NCBI RefSeq assembly: GCF_004010195.1
Contig: NC_057749.1
Span: forward strand, 5,659,634-5,682,265
Reading direction: 5' to 3'
Source: Chiloscyllium plagiosum
Taxonomy: Eukaryota
DNA: 22,632 bases
The notes beneath the pieces were generated by a model that made no database searches, was not told the DNA's origin, and was given only the letters and a program-made list of their open reading frames with translations. Of the stretch, positions 10,599-20,604 are shown piece after piece. Both the position numbers and the translations under genes were made by a program. Numbering within the stretch: position 1 is the stretch's first letter; every line of letters starts with the position of its first letter.

Positions 10599-10824
10599 CT
10601 TTCATCAAGATGACAAAGATGTCCAGAAACTCCCGGAAAGATAGGTAGCCATTTCCATCCTTGTCAGCTAAAGCAAACATCTGCTCCACAAACATAGAGT
10701 TCTCCTTTAGTCCCAATGCATCTGCAAACTCTGTTGTAGTCAGTTCACACTTCAGGGACTCTTTAGCTTTCTTTGAACTTTCAATATCAAAGTCACCAGC
10801 ATCTGAACCATCAATCTCCAGAAC
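10599..10824 (-). CDS. DUOX: Dual oxidase exon (226 nt, phase 0 to 1) containing EF-hand 1
   Basis: Acceptor atttag|GTTCTG, donor ATGAAAG|gtaatc. Translates [75 protein letters not shown](G). [17 protein letters not shown] is the hallmark DUOX EF-hand. Confidence 0.96.
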
Positions 10825-11119
10825 CTAAATGTGGCAACAAGATAGTATAGAATAATCCATTTTCTACTCTTCATTGAATAAAAGTAGATAAAACATGACC
10901 CTGATTACTACTGCTGACAATATTATCAGATAAACATTTGCATAGCCTTTTTCTTTTTTTAACTGAATTTGTTAAATTATTTACAATTAAAATGTTAATG
11001 TATACATTGAAGTAATAAGCACAACACCATAAAAATCCTTAACAATAATTTACATGCCTCAATGCTCTTGATTCAACTAGTTCTGCAAATTGGTTTAGTG
11101 ATCAGTCTTCGAAACTTCC

Positions 11120-11260
11120 CATATATGTGGGTGAATACAATATGGGGCAGTGTACATGGTGTGCGTGTGGTGTGCAACTTGTACTTGTGTCGTGTGTGCA
11201 TGTGTGGGGTGTATATAGTTGGTGAAGGTGCAGTGTGTGATGCATGTGTCTGGTGTATGA
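11120..11260. repeat. GT-rich low-complexity tract (decayed microsatellite)
   Basis: gtgtgcgtgtggtgtgcaac...gtgtcgtgtgtgcatgtgtgggg. Confidence 0.5.
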
Positions 11261-11262
11261 GC

Positions 11263-11700
11263 TAGTGCTGCTGAATAGGCACCTTATCAAACGATACATG
11301 ATACTGAGCCATAAAAGAAGGAATTAGGTCAGATGACCAAAAATTATTTTTTGGCTTTAAGGAGTGTCTTGATGAAGGAAAGTGAAGCGGAGGGACAAAG
11401 AAATTTAGGAAGAGTATTCCAAATCTTAGGCCTGAAGGTATGCATACCAATAGTAGCCTGAATATAACTGAGAATACACAAGTGGCCAGAATTAGAGAAG
11501 CACTGATACCTCAGAGGGTTGTGGAGCTAAAGGGAATGCAAGAGATGAATGTTAAGATGTTGCTTGACTGGGAACCAATGTAGATCTGTGAGTAAAAGAG
11601 GGAGGGCAAAAACTTGAGTTAAGATTTAAACTGCAGTTTTGGAAGATTTCACGTTTACAGAGTGGAGAATGTGAGAGATCAGCCAGGAGTGAGCTGGAAC
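11263..11700 (-). mobile_element. Decayed L2-like LINE fragment
   Basis: Minus strand CTACATTGGTTCCC (LHWFP, similar to the L2 LHWLP motif) near 11570-11583. A related remnant lies at ~17450-18020. Confidence 0.45.
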
Positions 11701-11984
11701 AACGTACCAATTTTGTTAAACTACCAATAATGGGTTAAACCTGGCATCACCCTGTTACAATGAAGTTTTACTCACTTCAAAACAAAAATAAATTCCTGAC
11801 TTTGTTAATGAAGACAAACACCTTGAACGAGAATAATCACAGCTTTCCATGACTTAAAATTCCTTATGATATCTGGAGAAACTGTACATCTATTTCATTG
11901 TAGTACCAAGTGGAAACAAATAGAACACTACGCATGACCAAGAGGATTATTTAAACGGTGCAATTCATGTAACTGGAACGGTAC

Positions 11985-12170
11985 CTCTGCAAATACACGA
12001 CGGAAGAAAGTATCTAAGATTTTAATCCGCTGCTGCTTTGTCACTGCTTCTTTCAAAAGCGTCCGTTCTTTCACTTCATGAATCAGTGGAGTTACGCGAT
12101 GCGTTTGGAGATGTGCTGTCAATTCTTCCACAAAATTAGCACGATCTTCTTCCCCAGTAAACATCAATAC
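11985..12170 (-). CDS. DUOX: Dual oxidase internal exon (186 nt, phase 0 to 0), cytosolic linker before the EF-hands
   Basis: Acceptor ttgcacacag|GTATTG, donor GCAGAG|gtaccg. Translates VLMFTGEEDRANFVEELTAHLQTHRVTPLIHEVKERTLLKEAVTKQQRIKILDTFFRRVFAE, matching the vertebrate DUOX segment ending AVTKQQR..IL..FFR.LFA. Confidence 0.93.
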
Positions 12171-12514
12171 CTGTGTGCAAGATGTAGCATTCAGATTAGA
12201 TTCATGAGATGCCACTTAAAGACCATGCATATTCCTGTGACGATGACGGCAACCAAGATGAAACCTACATCTGTCAATTAAGATACAAATAGTAAATAAA
12301 AGATGGGGAGGGTAATACATGTCACAATAAAAGCATTGATGGAACTTCATTGGAAAATGTGCATGCAATGTTGAGACATAAACAGACGTTTCTTTCATGA
12401 CCGTCCAGACTTAATATGTCATAAACGGTTGAAATGATTGTATTGTTGTTAAGTTCCTAGAGTAGAAATCAAAATTGTGCACTGTGATATCGAAACCATG
12501 ATTACAGGAATGTT

Positions 12515-12758
12515 AAATTGAAACCAAAAGAATTGCGGATGCTGTCAAACAGAAGCAAAAACAGAAATTGCTGGGAAAGCTCAGCAGGTCTGGCAGCATC
12601 TGTGGAGTGAAATCAGGGTTAACGTTTTGGATCGGGTGACCCTTCCTCAGAACTTCCTCACTTCGGAGGAAGGGTCACTTAACCTGGAACGTTAACTGAT
12701 TTCTCTCACAGATGCTGCCAGACGTGCTGAGCTTTTCCAGCAAATCCTGTTTTTGTAT
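12515..12758. mobile_element. Family B palindromic Penelope-like element with two head-to-head decayed hammerheads and a 14-bp TSD
   Basis: Inverted arms ~12556-12653 and ~12662-12755. TSD attacaggaatgtt (12501-12514) and attacaagaatgtt (12759-12772). Left arm (minus) GTT-CTGAGGA-A-GGGTC-ACCC-GATCC-AAAACGTT-AAC. Confidence 0.8.
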
Positions 12759-13039
12759 ATTACAAGAATGTTGCTCAAGGTTGTAAACTTCTGAAAATAA
12801 AAGTTTAACACATGCAATAATATAAACCTTACAGAATCACTGGAAGATTTCAGATGACAGTATTCGTATAATGACACATTGAGTTGTTTGAATTGCAGTT
12901 AATGGTGAAAATTTCTGCCACCAAATAGCAATGCAGTGTACAACAGACAGTGCTAAGAGATCTCATTGCCAACAGATCAGATCTAAGCTTTGCTGTCCTA
13001 CCACATCTGGCCATTAATGGTGATAGACAATTAAATAAT

Positions 13040-14440
13040 TAACATGACAATGAGGCTTCACAACTATTTCAATCCTCAATGATGGGAACCCAGTATATCA
13101 CTGCAACAGACAAGGCTGAAGCATCTATACCATCTTCAATCATAGGTGCCAAAGGGATGATCTATCAATGCCTCCACCTGAAGGCTCCAACATCAAAAAT
13201 GGCAGTCTTCAGCCAATACAATCCACTTCACATATAACAAGAAGGTTTTCTTATTCAATCACAGGATATGGGCATTACCGTTTGGATCAGTATTTATTGT
13301 CCATCCCTAGATGCCCTTGACAAGGTGGTAGTGAGCTACCTTTTTGAATCGCTGCAGTCCAAGTGATGGAGGTAGATGCACAATGGTGTTCAGGAGGGAG
13401 TTACAGGATTTTGACCCAGTGACACTGAAGAAATAGTGATATATTTCCAAGTCAGGATGGTGAGTGACTGGAAGGGAACTAGAGGGTGTGTGGTTTTCCC
13501 CATACATCTGTTTCCATTTTGTTCAAAATGATTATGGGTCATTGAGTCATAAAGATCTCCAGCACAGAAAAAAGGCCTTTTGATTCATTGCATCTGCACT
13601 GGTCTGTATCCATATGCTGTAAGCCTGGACAACATCCAGATTTGGGCCTATAAGTGGCAAGTAACATTCATCCAACCAACTTCCAGGCAATGACCATCTA
13701 TAAATAGAGGGAATCTAACCATTTCCCCTTGACATTCAAGAGCATCATTATCACGGAATCACACACAAAAGTCCTGGGGTTAATGCTGATCAAAAACTAA
13801 GCTGGGCCAGCAATACAAATACTGTAGCTCAAGAGCAGGTCAGAGGTTAGTACTTTTATAGTGAGTAACTTGTTTCCTGCATCCAAACTACAAGGCACAA
13901 GTTAAAAGTATACTGGAATAACTTTTCAATATGAAGAGGCTCAAAACCACCCAAAGCATCCCAGTTGATTGGCACCTCAACCATCATCCTCAACAAACAC
14001 TCCCTTCACCATCAACACATGATGGTAACATATGTATCATCTACAAGATGCACTTCAGTAACCCCTTTGATAGCACCTTCCAAACCCCCGATAGCTACCA
14101 TTTATAAGAGCAATGACAGCAGGTGCATGGGAACACCATCATCTGTGTGGTACTATTCTAACTTTAAACGATATTATCATTTCTTCAGTGTTGTTGGTTC
14201 AAAATCCTGGAATTTCCTTCCTAACAGCACTCTGGGTATCCATATAAATCAAGGATCGCAGTCGTTCTGTAATGAAGCATACCATCACTTTCTCAAGTGG
14301 AAGTAAGGATAGCAAATAAATGCTGGCCTAGGTATAGTTCATGAATAAATAACAAGATGGGCCAAGGCATTCATTATCCATTCCTAATTGCTCTTAAGAA
14401 GAAGCTGGTGAAACCCCATCCTGAAACACAGTAGCCTGCT
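13040..14440. mobile_element. Cluster of decayed CR1-like LINE pieces (plus ~13040-13245 and ~13610-14350; minus ~13250-13515 and ~14355-14440)
   Basis: From ~13625 the plus strand reads LDNIQIWAYKWQVTF..QAMTI..RESNHFPLTF..KVLG (post-RT region), with 3' tail aaataaatgctggccta. Confidence 0.65.
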
Positions 14441-14469
14441 TGACCATGACAAAGTTAAATCAAAACATT

Positions 14470-14640
14470 ATAAAATTTGCTAAAATACTTAGGGGTATAG
14501 ATAAGGTTAATGGTAGTTGTCTTTTCCCTAGGATGGGGGATTCAAGACTAGGGGACACATCTTTAAGGTGAGGGGAGAGAAATTTTAAAAAGACATGCAG
14601 GACTTTTTTCGACATAGAGGGTGACTCTATGACTATGACT
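14470..14640 (+). mobile_element. CR1 3' fragment with internal deletion
   Basis: KILRGIDKVN..TRGHIFKVRGE..FF.HRG joined directly to the gactctatgactatgact tail. Confidence 0.7.
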
Positions 14641-14695
14641 AAGTTATCAGTTTGCTACCTTAGTTAAGTGCCTCTCTCAATCTTCACAATAAGTG

Positions 14696-14824
14696 GCAAA
14701 AGTGAGGACTGCAGATGCTGGAAACCAGAGTTTAGATCAGAGTGGTGCTGGAAAAGTACAGCAGGTCAGGCAGCACCTGAGGAGCAGGAAAATTGATGTT
14801 TCGGGCAAAAGCCCTTCATCAGCC
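14696..14824 (-). mobile_element. Family A Penelope-like element with a 14-bp TSD
   Basis: TSD cttcacaataagtg (14682-14695) and cttctcaataagtg (14825-14838). Confidence 0.8.
14795..14822 (-). ncRNA. Minimal hammerhead ribozyme motif
   Basis: CTGATGA-A-GGGC-TTTT-GCCC-GAAACATC: intact core and perfect 4-bp stem II. ACGT has become ACAT (CpG decay). Confidence 0.62.
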
Positions 14825-14939
14825 CTTCTCAATAAGTGTCCTGCTTCACGACTCCAAACCAGCTCCAGCGGCCTTACTGGTTTAGTCTTTTTGAACTCTA
14901 AATCCAGAATGAAATTAAAACTCACAACCGTGCTAACAT

Positions 14940-15210
14940 AACCTTGCAAATCTGTGACATCTACTACTTAAAAGGAACCAGGGCAGCACAGGCACATCAG
15001 CAGCTGCACATCCCTCTCCTTATCGGACACGGCCCTGAACTGGAAGTATATCACCAGTCCTCCATCAAAACCATGGAAGTTGTGACTTAACAACACGGTA
15101 GGGTTGCTCAGCTCAAGGAAGTGTCTCAACAACATCTCCCCGAGAGCAAATCAGAATGGCCCATAAATGCTTGTTTTGCAGAAACACTTTAATCCCATTA
15201 ATGAACATTT
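14940..15210 (+). mobile_element. Decayed CR1-like LINE 3' end
   Basis: ctgaactggaagtatatcacc...tcaaaaccatggaa...ataaatgctt, the same family as 2430-2710. Confidence 0.5.
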
Positions 15211-15825
15211 TCATTCTGGAAAAAAGGACTTGAAAGAAACTGATCCTTCAAACTGTTAATCTCAATGTCAGCGCATCATTTTCTGAATTGGCTAATTAAT
15301 TAAAATCAGAAAATTAATTGTCAGCTTTGGCATTAGCTACATGACTAACAACCACAGAACTGGGCCAGAACCAGTTAGGCAACTCCTTTGTAAATTGATG
15401 AATCTGTGCTTTATATTGACACATCAGTTTATAAGGTGGGGCAGCTTTGACATTTTGCAAGTTGAATAGCAGAATAATATTTCATTTTCGAGAGCACTAA
15501 CCTGACAGTTCAGTGTAAAAACAAAACCATATGATTATATAGCACACCACATTAAAAAAGCAAATAAACTGTTATTGACTATTTTATGAAGCCCAACAAA
15601 ACATTCAGATAGACCAGTGTCATATTTCACAGGAAGGTCAGAATTGTTCCTAATGAAACAATAGGCAGATCCTGCTGTCAGTATTAATGAAGAACTTCAT
15701 TGTACTCTGTCCTGGACCATCTGGCAAACATTTGGAGCTTTTGTGGGATTTTAAACCATATATTCAAGTAAATGCTTTTCTCCCTCAGCTTGCCACCCAT
15801 TTTCCTGAAGAAAGGGTTCCTTTCT

Positions 15826-16290
15826 GAAGTAAAGATAAAATAGCTTGAGTCCTTATTGGACCAAAGAGCTGCTCGGCCATTAGCGAGAGATCAGGATTAG
15901 AGTGGTGCTGGAAATGCACAGCAGGACACGTAGCATCCGAGGAGCAGGAAAATCGACGTTTCAGGCAGGAGCTCTTCATCAGGAATGTTTCCTCATGAAG
16001 GGCTCCTGCCCGAAACGTCAATTTTCCTGCTCCTCGGATGCTATCTGACCTGCTGTGCACTTGCAGCACCACTCTAACCTTGACTCTGCATCTCCTGCAT
16101 CTGCAGTCCTCACTTTCACATCAGCGAGAGGTGATTAGCGATGTTTTAACCTGAGGGTCACCATGCTCAGGTGAGGTTGAGAAGGAATGTCCTTCACAAT
16201 AACCTCAGCCAGTGCAGGAATTGAACCCTTGCTGTTGGCGTTACTCTGCAGTGCCGGTCATCCAGCCAAGTGAACTAAGTGAACCCTTGC
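15826..16290 (-). mobile_element. tRNA-derived SINE (non-HE1), interrupted by a palindromic Penelope-like insert
   Basis: Minus strand tagttcacttggctgg (A-box-like) and gggttcaattcc (B box). The body continues across the 15890-16118 insert. Confidence 0.55.
15890..16118. mobile_element. Family A palindromic element with two head-to-head hammerhead motifs and a 12-bp TSD
   Basis: Minus 15955-15982 CTGATGAAGAGCTCCTGCCTGAAACGTC; plus 15992-16019 CTCATGAAGGGCTCCTGCCCGAAACGTC. TSD cattagcgagag (15878-15889) and catcagcgagag (16119-16130). Confidence 0.85.
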
Positions 16291-16363
16291 CCTTTCTGAA
16301 GTCCAGAACCATAGGCCCTGGGAATCATTTGATACTATGGCCAATCATGGATAGTCTTAACAA

Positions 16364-16581
16364 CCAAGAGAAGGTGAGGACTGCAGATGCTGGAGATCAG
16401 ATTCAAAGAGTGTGGTGCTGGGAAAGCGCAGCAGCTCAGGCATCATCCGAAGAGCAGGAGAATTGAGGTTTCAAGCATAAGCTCTTCATCAGGATTCCTG
16501 ATGAAGAGCTTATGCTCAAAAGATCGATTTTCCTGGTCCTCCGATGCTGCCTGACTGGCTGTATTTTTCCAGCACTCTTTC
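16364..16581. mobile_element. Family A palindromic element
   Basis: Perfect 21-bp inverted repeat agcataagctcttcatcagga-t-tcctgatgaagagcttatgct (16474-16516) at the centre of longer imperfect arms. Candidate TSD agtcttaacaa (16353-16363) and agtcttgacaa (16582-16592). Confidence 0.82.
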
Positions 16582-16671
16582 AGTCTTGACAATCTGGTAA
16601 TTGGCTATTCAACATGGAAATTGAGACCCATTTTGGCTTCATCTAGCTTTGACCTTGCCCACATTTTTAGC

Positions 16672-16890
16672 AAGACTTTCTAGCTGTGAATCTTTGGAAC
16701 TGCTCACCCCAGAGGACTGTGGACATTTTATCACCAAGTACATGAAGTAAGTAGAATTTGGTGTCTCAGGGAATCAGGGGCGGGGGAGGAGTGAAGGGGG
16801 CATGAAAATATAATTGAAGTTAGAGATGAGACATGGTAGAGCAGGCTCAAAGGGCCAAATGGTCTACCCCTGTTCAGATTTCTTGTCTTT
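16672..16890 (+). mobile_element. Decayed CR1 3' end
   Basis: gtgaatctttggaac...cagaggactgtgga and tail ggtagagcaggctcaaagggccaaatggtcta, similar to 9040-9250. Confidence 0.55.
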
Positions 16891-17584
16891 TATCCCCTTC
16901 TTTTCCTTTCTTTTTCTTATTTTATATCCAGAAATGCTTTTTTGCACAACTCGATGTTCTTTTCTCCCCAACACCAAATCACCCATGTTACTTTTCACAT
17001 GGTATCCATCCGTATTTCTGATTAATTATCAATTTACATGAAGAACCTCTCAAAGGCAATACAATGACACCAAAGGTGAGTGAAAGGTGGGGAAAGAGGG
17101 AAAGCATTAAGTCAAGATGGAGTTGGAAGGGGTTTCCAGGCACTCCATCCCTGCAGCGCCAACCTCTCTCTGAAGAGATTGAGAGTATTGGTGGACACTG
17201 CATACTCTCGTTCCAAGGACTTCCACAAGGAGAACAAGGGGAAAGCAATTTCTCATCATCTTAGGAGAATGATATAATTGATTTTCCTCTTCCTGACCAC
17301 AAAACCAACCATAGTTGCCCTTGTTAGAATTCCCATATATGGAGTGAAAGCAGAGTTTAATGGGTAGCAATCTGGGTATGGGACCAAGACATTTAGTACA
17401 ATTCATTTGAGACTCGTCGAGGTCAAGCTTAAGCCACAAATTACACTTGTACAGTGCCCTTAAACAGAAGAAACATCCAAAGACACTGCACAGGAGACCA
17501 ATCAGGAAATATTGAATCATACAATTGGGATGATTGTACACTTTTCAGGAGCACCTTAAACACGAGATGGGTAAAGAGATAGAG

Positions 17585-17772
17585 TAATAGTCATAGAGAT
17601 GTACAGCATGAAAGAGACTCTTCAGTCCAACTCGTCCATACTGACCAGATATTCCAACCTAATCTAGTCCCATTTGCCAGCACTTGGTTCGCATCCCTCC
17701 AAATCCTCCTATTCGTATACCCATCCAGATGCCTTTTAATTGTTGCAATTGTACGAGTCTCCACCACTTCCG
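17585..17772 (-). mobile_element. CR1 (HER1-like) 3' end inserted in an older L2-like remnant
   Basis: Reverse complement of ~1730-1912 (tagtcatagagatgtacagcatg...ctaatctagtcccatttgccagcac). Confidence 0.85.
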
Positions 17773-18034
17773 TTGTAGAGGTTTAAGGAAGGAATTCCAG
17801 TACTCTGGATTGAAATTTTTTTAAAAATCAAAGCTGCACACAATGACAGGATTCAAAGAAGACAGAGTTTTCAGAGGGTTGAAGATCTGCAGATAGTTAC
17901 AGACATAGGGTGCATTGATACCATCGAATGATTTGAACGCAAGGATGAGCAATGTAAATTTGAATCATTGTTAGATCAGGAAGCAATGTGAGTCAGTGAG
18001 CAAATCAAATCTGGAGACTTCCTGGTTTTTAAAT

Positions 18035-19202
18035 GTTGGGCGCACATAAGTCCATTCAGTCCAACTTGTCCATGCCAACCAGATTTCCCCAAACTAAACA
18101 AGTCCTATTTATCTGCATTTTATCCATATCCCTGTCTGATGAAGGTCTCTTGTCCGAAACATCGACTTTCCCGCTTCTCAGTTGCTGCCTGACCCACTGT
18201 CCTTTTTCAGTACTGCACTTTTCGATTCTGACTCTCCAGCATCTGCAGTCCCCACCTCCTCCATATCCCTCTAAGCCTTTACCATTCATGTACCTGTCTA
18301 AATATCTTTAAAATGTTGTAACTGTATTTGTATCTATCAGTTCCTCTGGCAGTTCACTCCACATATATAACCACCCCCTCTGTGTGAAGAAGTTGGCCTT
18401 CAGGTCCCTTTTAAATCTTTCTCCTCTCACCCTCACCTTCTCCCCTCACCTCCTCTCACCCTCTAGTTTTGATCTTCACAAACCTAGGCAAAATATCTTT
18501 GCTATTCACCTTATCTATGCCCCTCATGATTTTCTAAACTTCTATAAGCTCATCCCTCTTACGCTCATGTGAAAACCCTCCGAGCCTATCCAGCCTCTCT
18601 CTATAATTCAGACCCTTCGGTCTTGGTTACATTCCCCTAAATCTTTTCTGCAACCTCTCCATTTTAATAATAAATCCTTCTTATCATAAGGGGGATCAGA
18701 ACTGTACACAGCATCCCAAAAGTGGCGTCACCAATGTTCTGTACAACCTCAACATGACATCCCAACTCGTGTACTCAATGGACTGAGCAACGAAGGTAAG
18801 TGTGCCAAACGCCTTCTTTACCACCCTGACTTGTGTGAACCAATTTTCAAAGAACTATGTGCTTCAGCCCCAGGTCTCACTGTTCATCAGTGCTCCCTAG
18901 GGCCCTACTATTAACTGAGAAAGTCCTGCCCTTGTTCATTTTACCAAATGCAACACCTCGCATTTATCCAAATAAAACTCCATCTGCCTCTCCTCAGCCC
19001 ATTTGGCCTAATTGATCAAGAGCCCTTTGTAATCTTAGATAAGCTTCTTCACTGTTCACTTTACTACCAATTTTGGCACCATCTGCAAACTTACTAATCA
19101 TGCTGCCTAAGTTCTCATCCAAATTGTTTACATAAATGACAAACAACAGTGGACCCAGCATTGATCAATGCGGAACACTGTTGGTCACAAGCCTCCAGTC
19201 TG
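18035..19202 (-). mobile_element. 5'-truncated, decayed CR1 LINE (RT C-terminal half to 3' UTR)
   Basis: Minus 19200-19066 reads DWRLVTNSVPH*SMLGPLLFVIYVNNLDENLGSMISKFADGAKIG, the broken PQGSVLGP and FADD RT motifs. Confidence 0.88.
18134..18259 (+). mobile_element. Family A Penelope-like element with hammerhead motif (18136-18163) and a perfect 11-bp TSD, nested in CR1
   Basis: CTGATGA-A-GGTC-TCTT-GTCC-GAAACATC. TSD tccatatccct at 18123-18133 and 18260-18270. Confidence 0.82.
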
Positions 19203-19414
19203 TTTATGCTGTTGCTGCTCTCAAACATATTGCAATTCCTGACAAATATAAAACCGTTAGCCTCGGTCTGACATCGTAGGCTTGTGGTGCATAAGGGGAG
19301 AGGGCTCTGTCCGTTCAACTCTGGGATCAAATCAATGTCTCTTTTCATCTCATTGCTGGCTCTAATGTTTTCAAGTGAAAGTAGCTCACACAATTCTCAA
19401 ACCAATTTAGCAAA

Positions 19415-20356
19415 GAGGTGGAACAAATGGAGAGTGTCAAGCTCCCGGGAGTGGTCATCCACAACAAGCTTTCTTGGACTCTTCATGTGGACGCACTGGT
19501 TACAAAGGCCCAAAACGTCTCTTCTTCCTCAGGCAGCTAAGGAAATTGGGCATGACACAAATACCCTTGCCAACTCTTATAGGTGCGCCATCGAGAACAT
19601 TCTGTCTGGATGTATCAATATCTGGTATGGCAACTGTACCATTCAAGATCGGAGACGGTTACAGAGATTGGTGAACTCAGCCTGGACAATCACAAAAGCC
19701 AACCTCCCATCTATAGAATCCATCTACCAGGCCCACTGTCAAGGAAAGGCCGCCAGCATTCTCAAAGATCTATCCCACCCTGACAATGTTTTTCTACAAC
19801 CTCTACCATCGGGGAGAAGGTACAGAATCCTGAACACATGCACCAGCCGGTTTCAAAACAGTTCCTACCCTACTGTTGTTAGAATACTGAATGGACTCCT
19901 ATACCTGTGTTTTTTGTTTTTGTTGCTGTTACCTATTATTTATTTCTCTATGCTACATAACGGGCGGCATGGTGGCTCAGTGATTAGCACTGCTGTCTCA
20001 CAGCACCAGGGTCCCAAGTTCGATTCCAGCCTTGAGCAACTGTCTGTGTGGAGTTTGCACATCTCCCCGTGTCTGCGTGGGTTTCCTCCGGGTGCTCCGG
20101 TTTCCTCCCACAATCCAAAAATGTGCAGATTAGGTGAATTGGCCATGCTAAATTGCCCGTAGTGTTAAGTGAAGGGGTAAATGTAGGTCTGGTGGGTTAC
20201 GCTTCAGCGGGTCAGTGTGGACTTGTTGGGCTGAAGGGCCTGTTTCCACACTGTCAGTAATCTAATAACTCTGTGATCTGCCTGTATTGCTCGCAAGACA
20301 AAGTCTTTCACTGTGCCTCGATATGCATGACAATAAATTCAATTCAATTCAATTCA
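19415..20356 (+). mobile_element. Rex1/Babar-type LINE 3' end (frameshifted), interrupted by an HE1 SINE
   Basis: KRLFFLRQLRKLGM / YRCAIENILSGCINIWYGNC..LQRLV..LPSGRRYR..SRFQNSSYP..RILN, then aataaa and an (aattc)n tail at 20336-20355. Confidence 0.8.
19962..20264 (+). mobile_element. HE1-like SINE
   Basis: Full head gggcggcatggtggctcagtga, B box gttcgattcc. Possible short TSD ataac (19957-19961 and 20265-20269). Confidence 0.85.
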
Positions 20357-20604
20357 GTTAAATTCAGAGGGTTTGACCACATACCTTCAATAATTGACAG
20401 AATGCCAATCAGCTTGAAAAATAGTAAATATTCGAAACAATGTCATGGTAAAGAAAGCAACAATTGTTCTTATGATTCAGACAGCCAGAAGGATTGAATT
20501 GGAGCCAATATTTACTCAGCTTTACATTTCACTATAGACTTAAATATTACAAGTATATACTTCTTGACACAACCACAAAATTGACAATTGTTTAAACAAC
20601 TCGG

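Noticed and set aside
11928..12215. 95-aa ORF as a standalone gene
   Set aside because: Only 11985-12170 is DUOX-like and splice-bounded; the rest is intronic read-through.
15285..15325. TAAT/ATTA cluster as a homeodomain enhancer
   Set aside because: Expected by chance in AT-rich intron, and no conservation data are available.
15890..16581. DNA-transposon MITEs, CRISPR repeats or terminators
   Set aside because: Arms are unequal, TSD lengths vary and single arms occur alone with TSDs. The context is eukaryotic with no regular repeat-spacer pattern.
17040..17541. Overlapping ORFs in non-repeat DNA as a missing DUOX exon
   Set aside because: No DUOX-like translation in the frames examined and no convincing splice pair.
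19284..20162. 292-aa ORF as a novel gene
   Set aside because: It is a chance fusion of unique DNA, a frameshifted Rex/Babar LINE C-terminus and an HE1 SINE.
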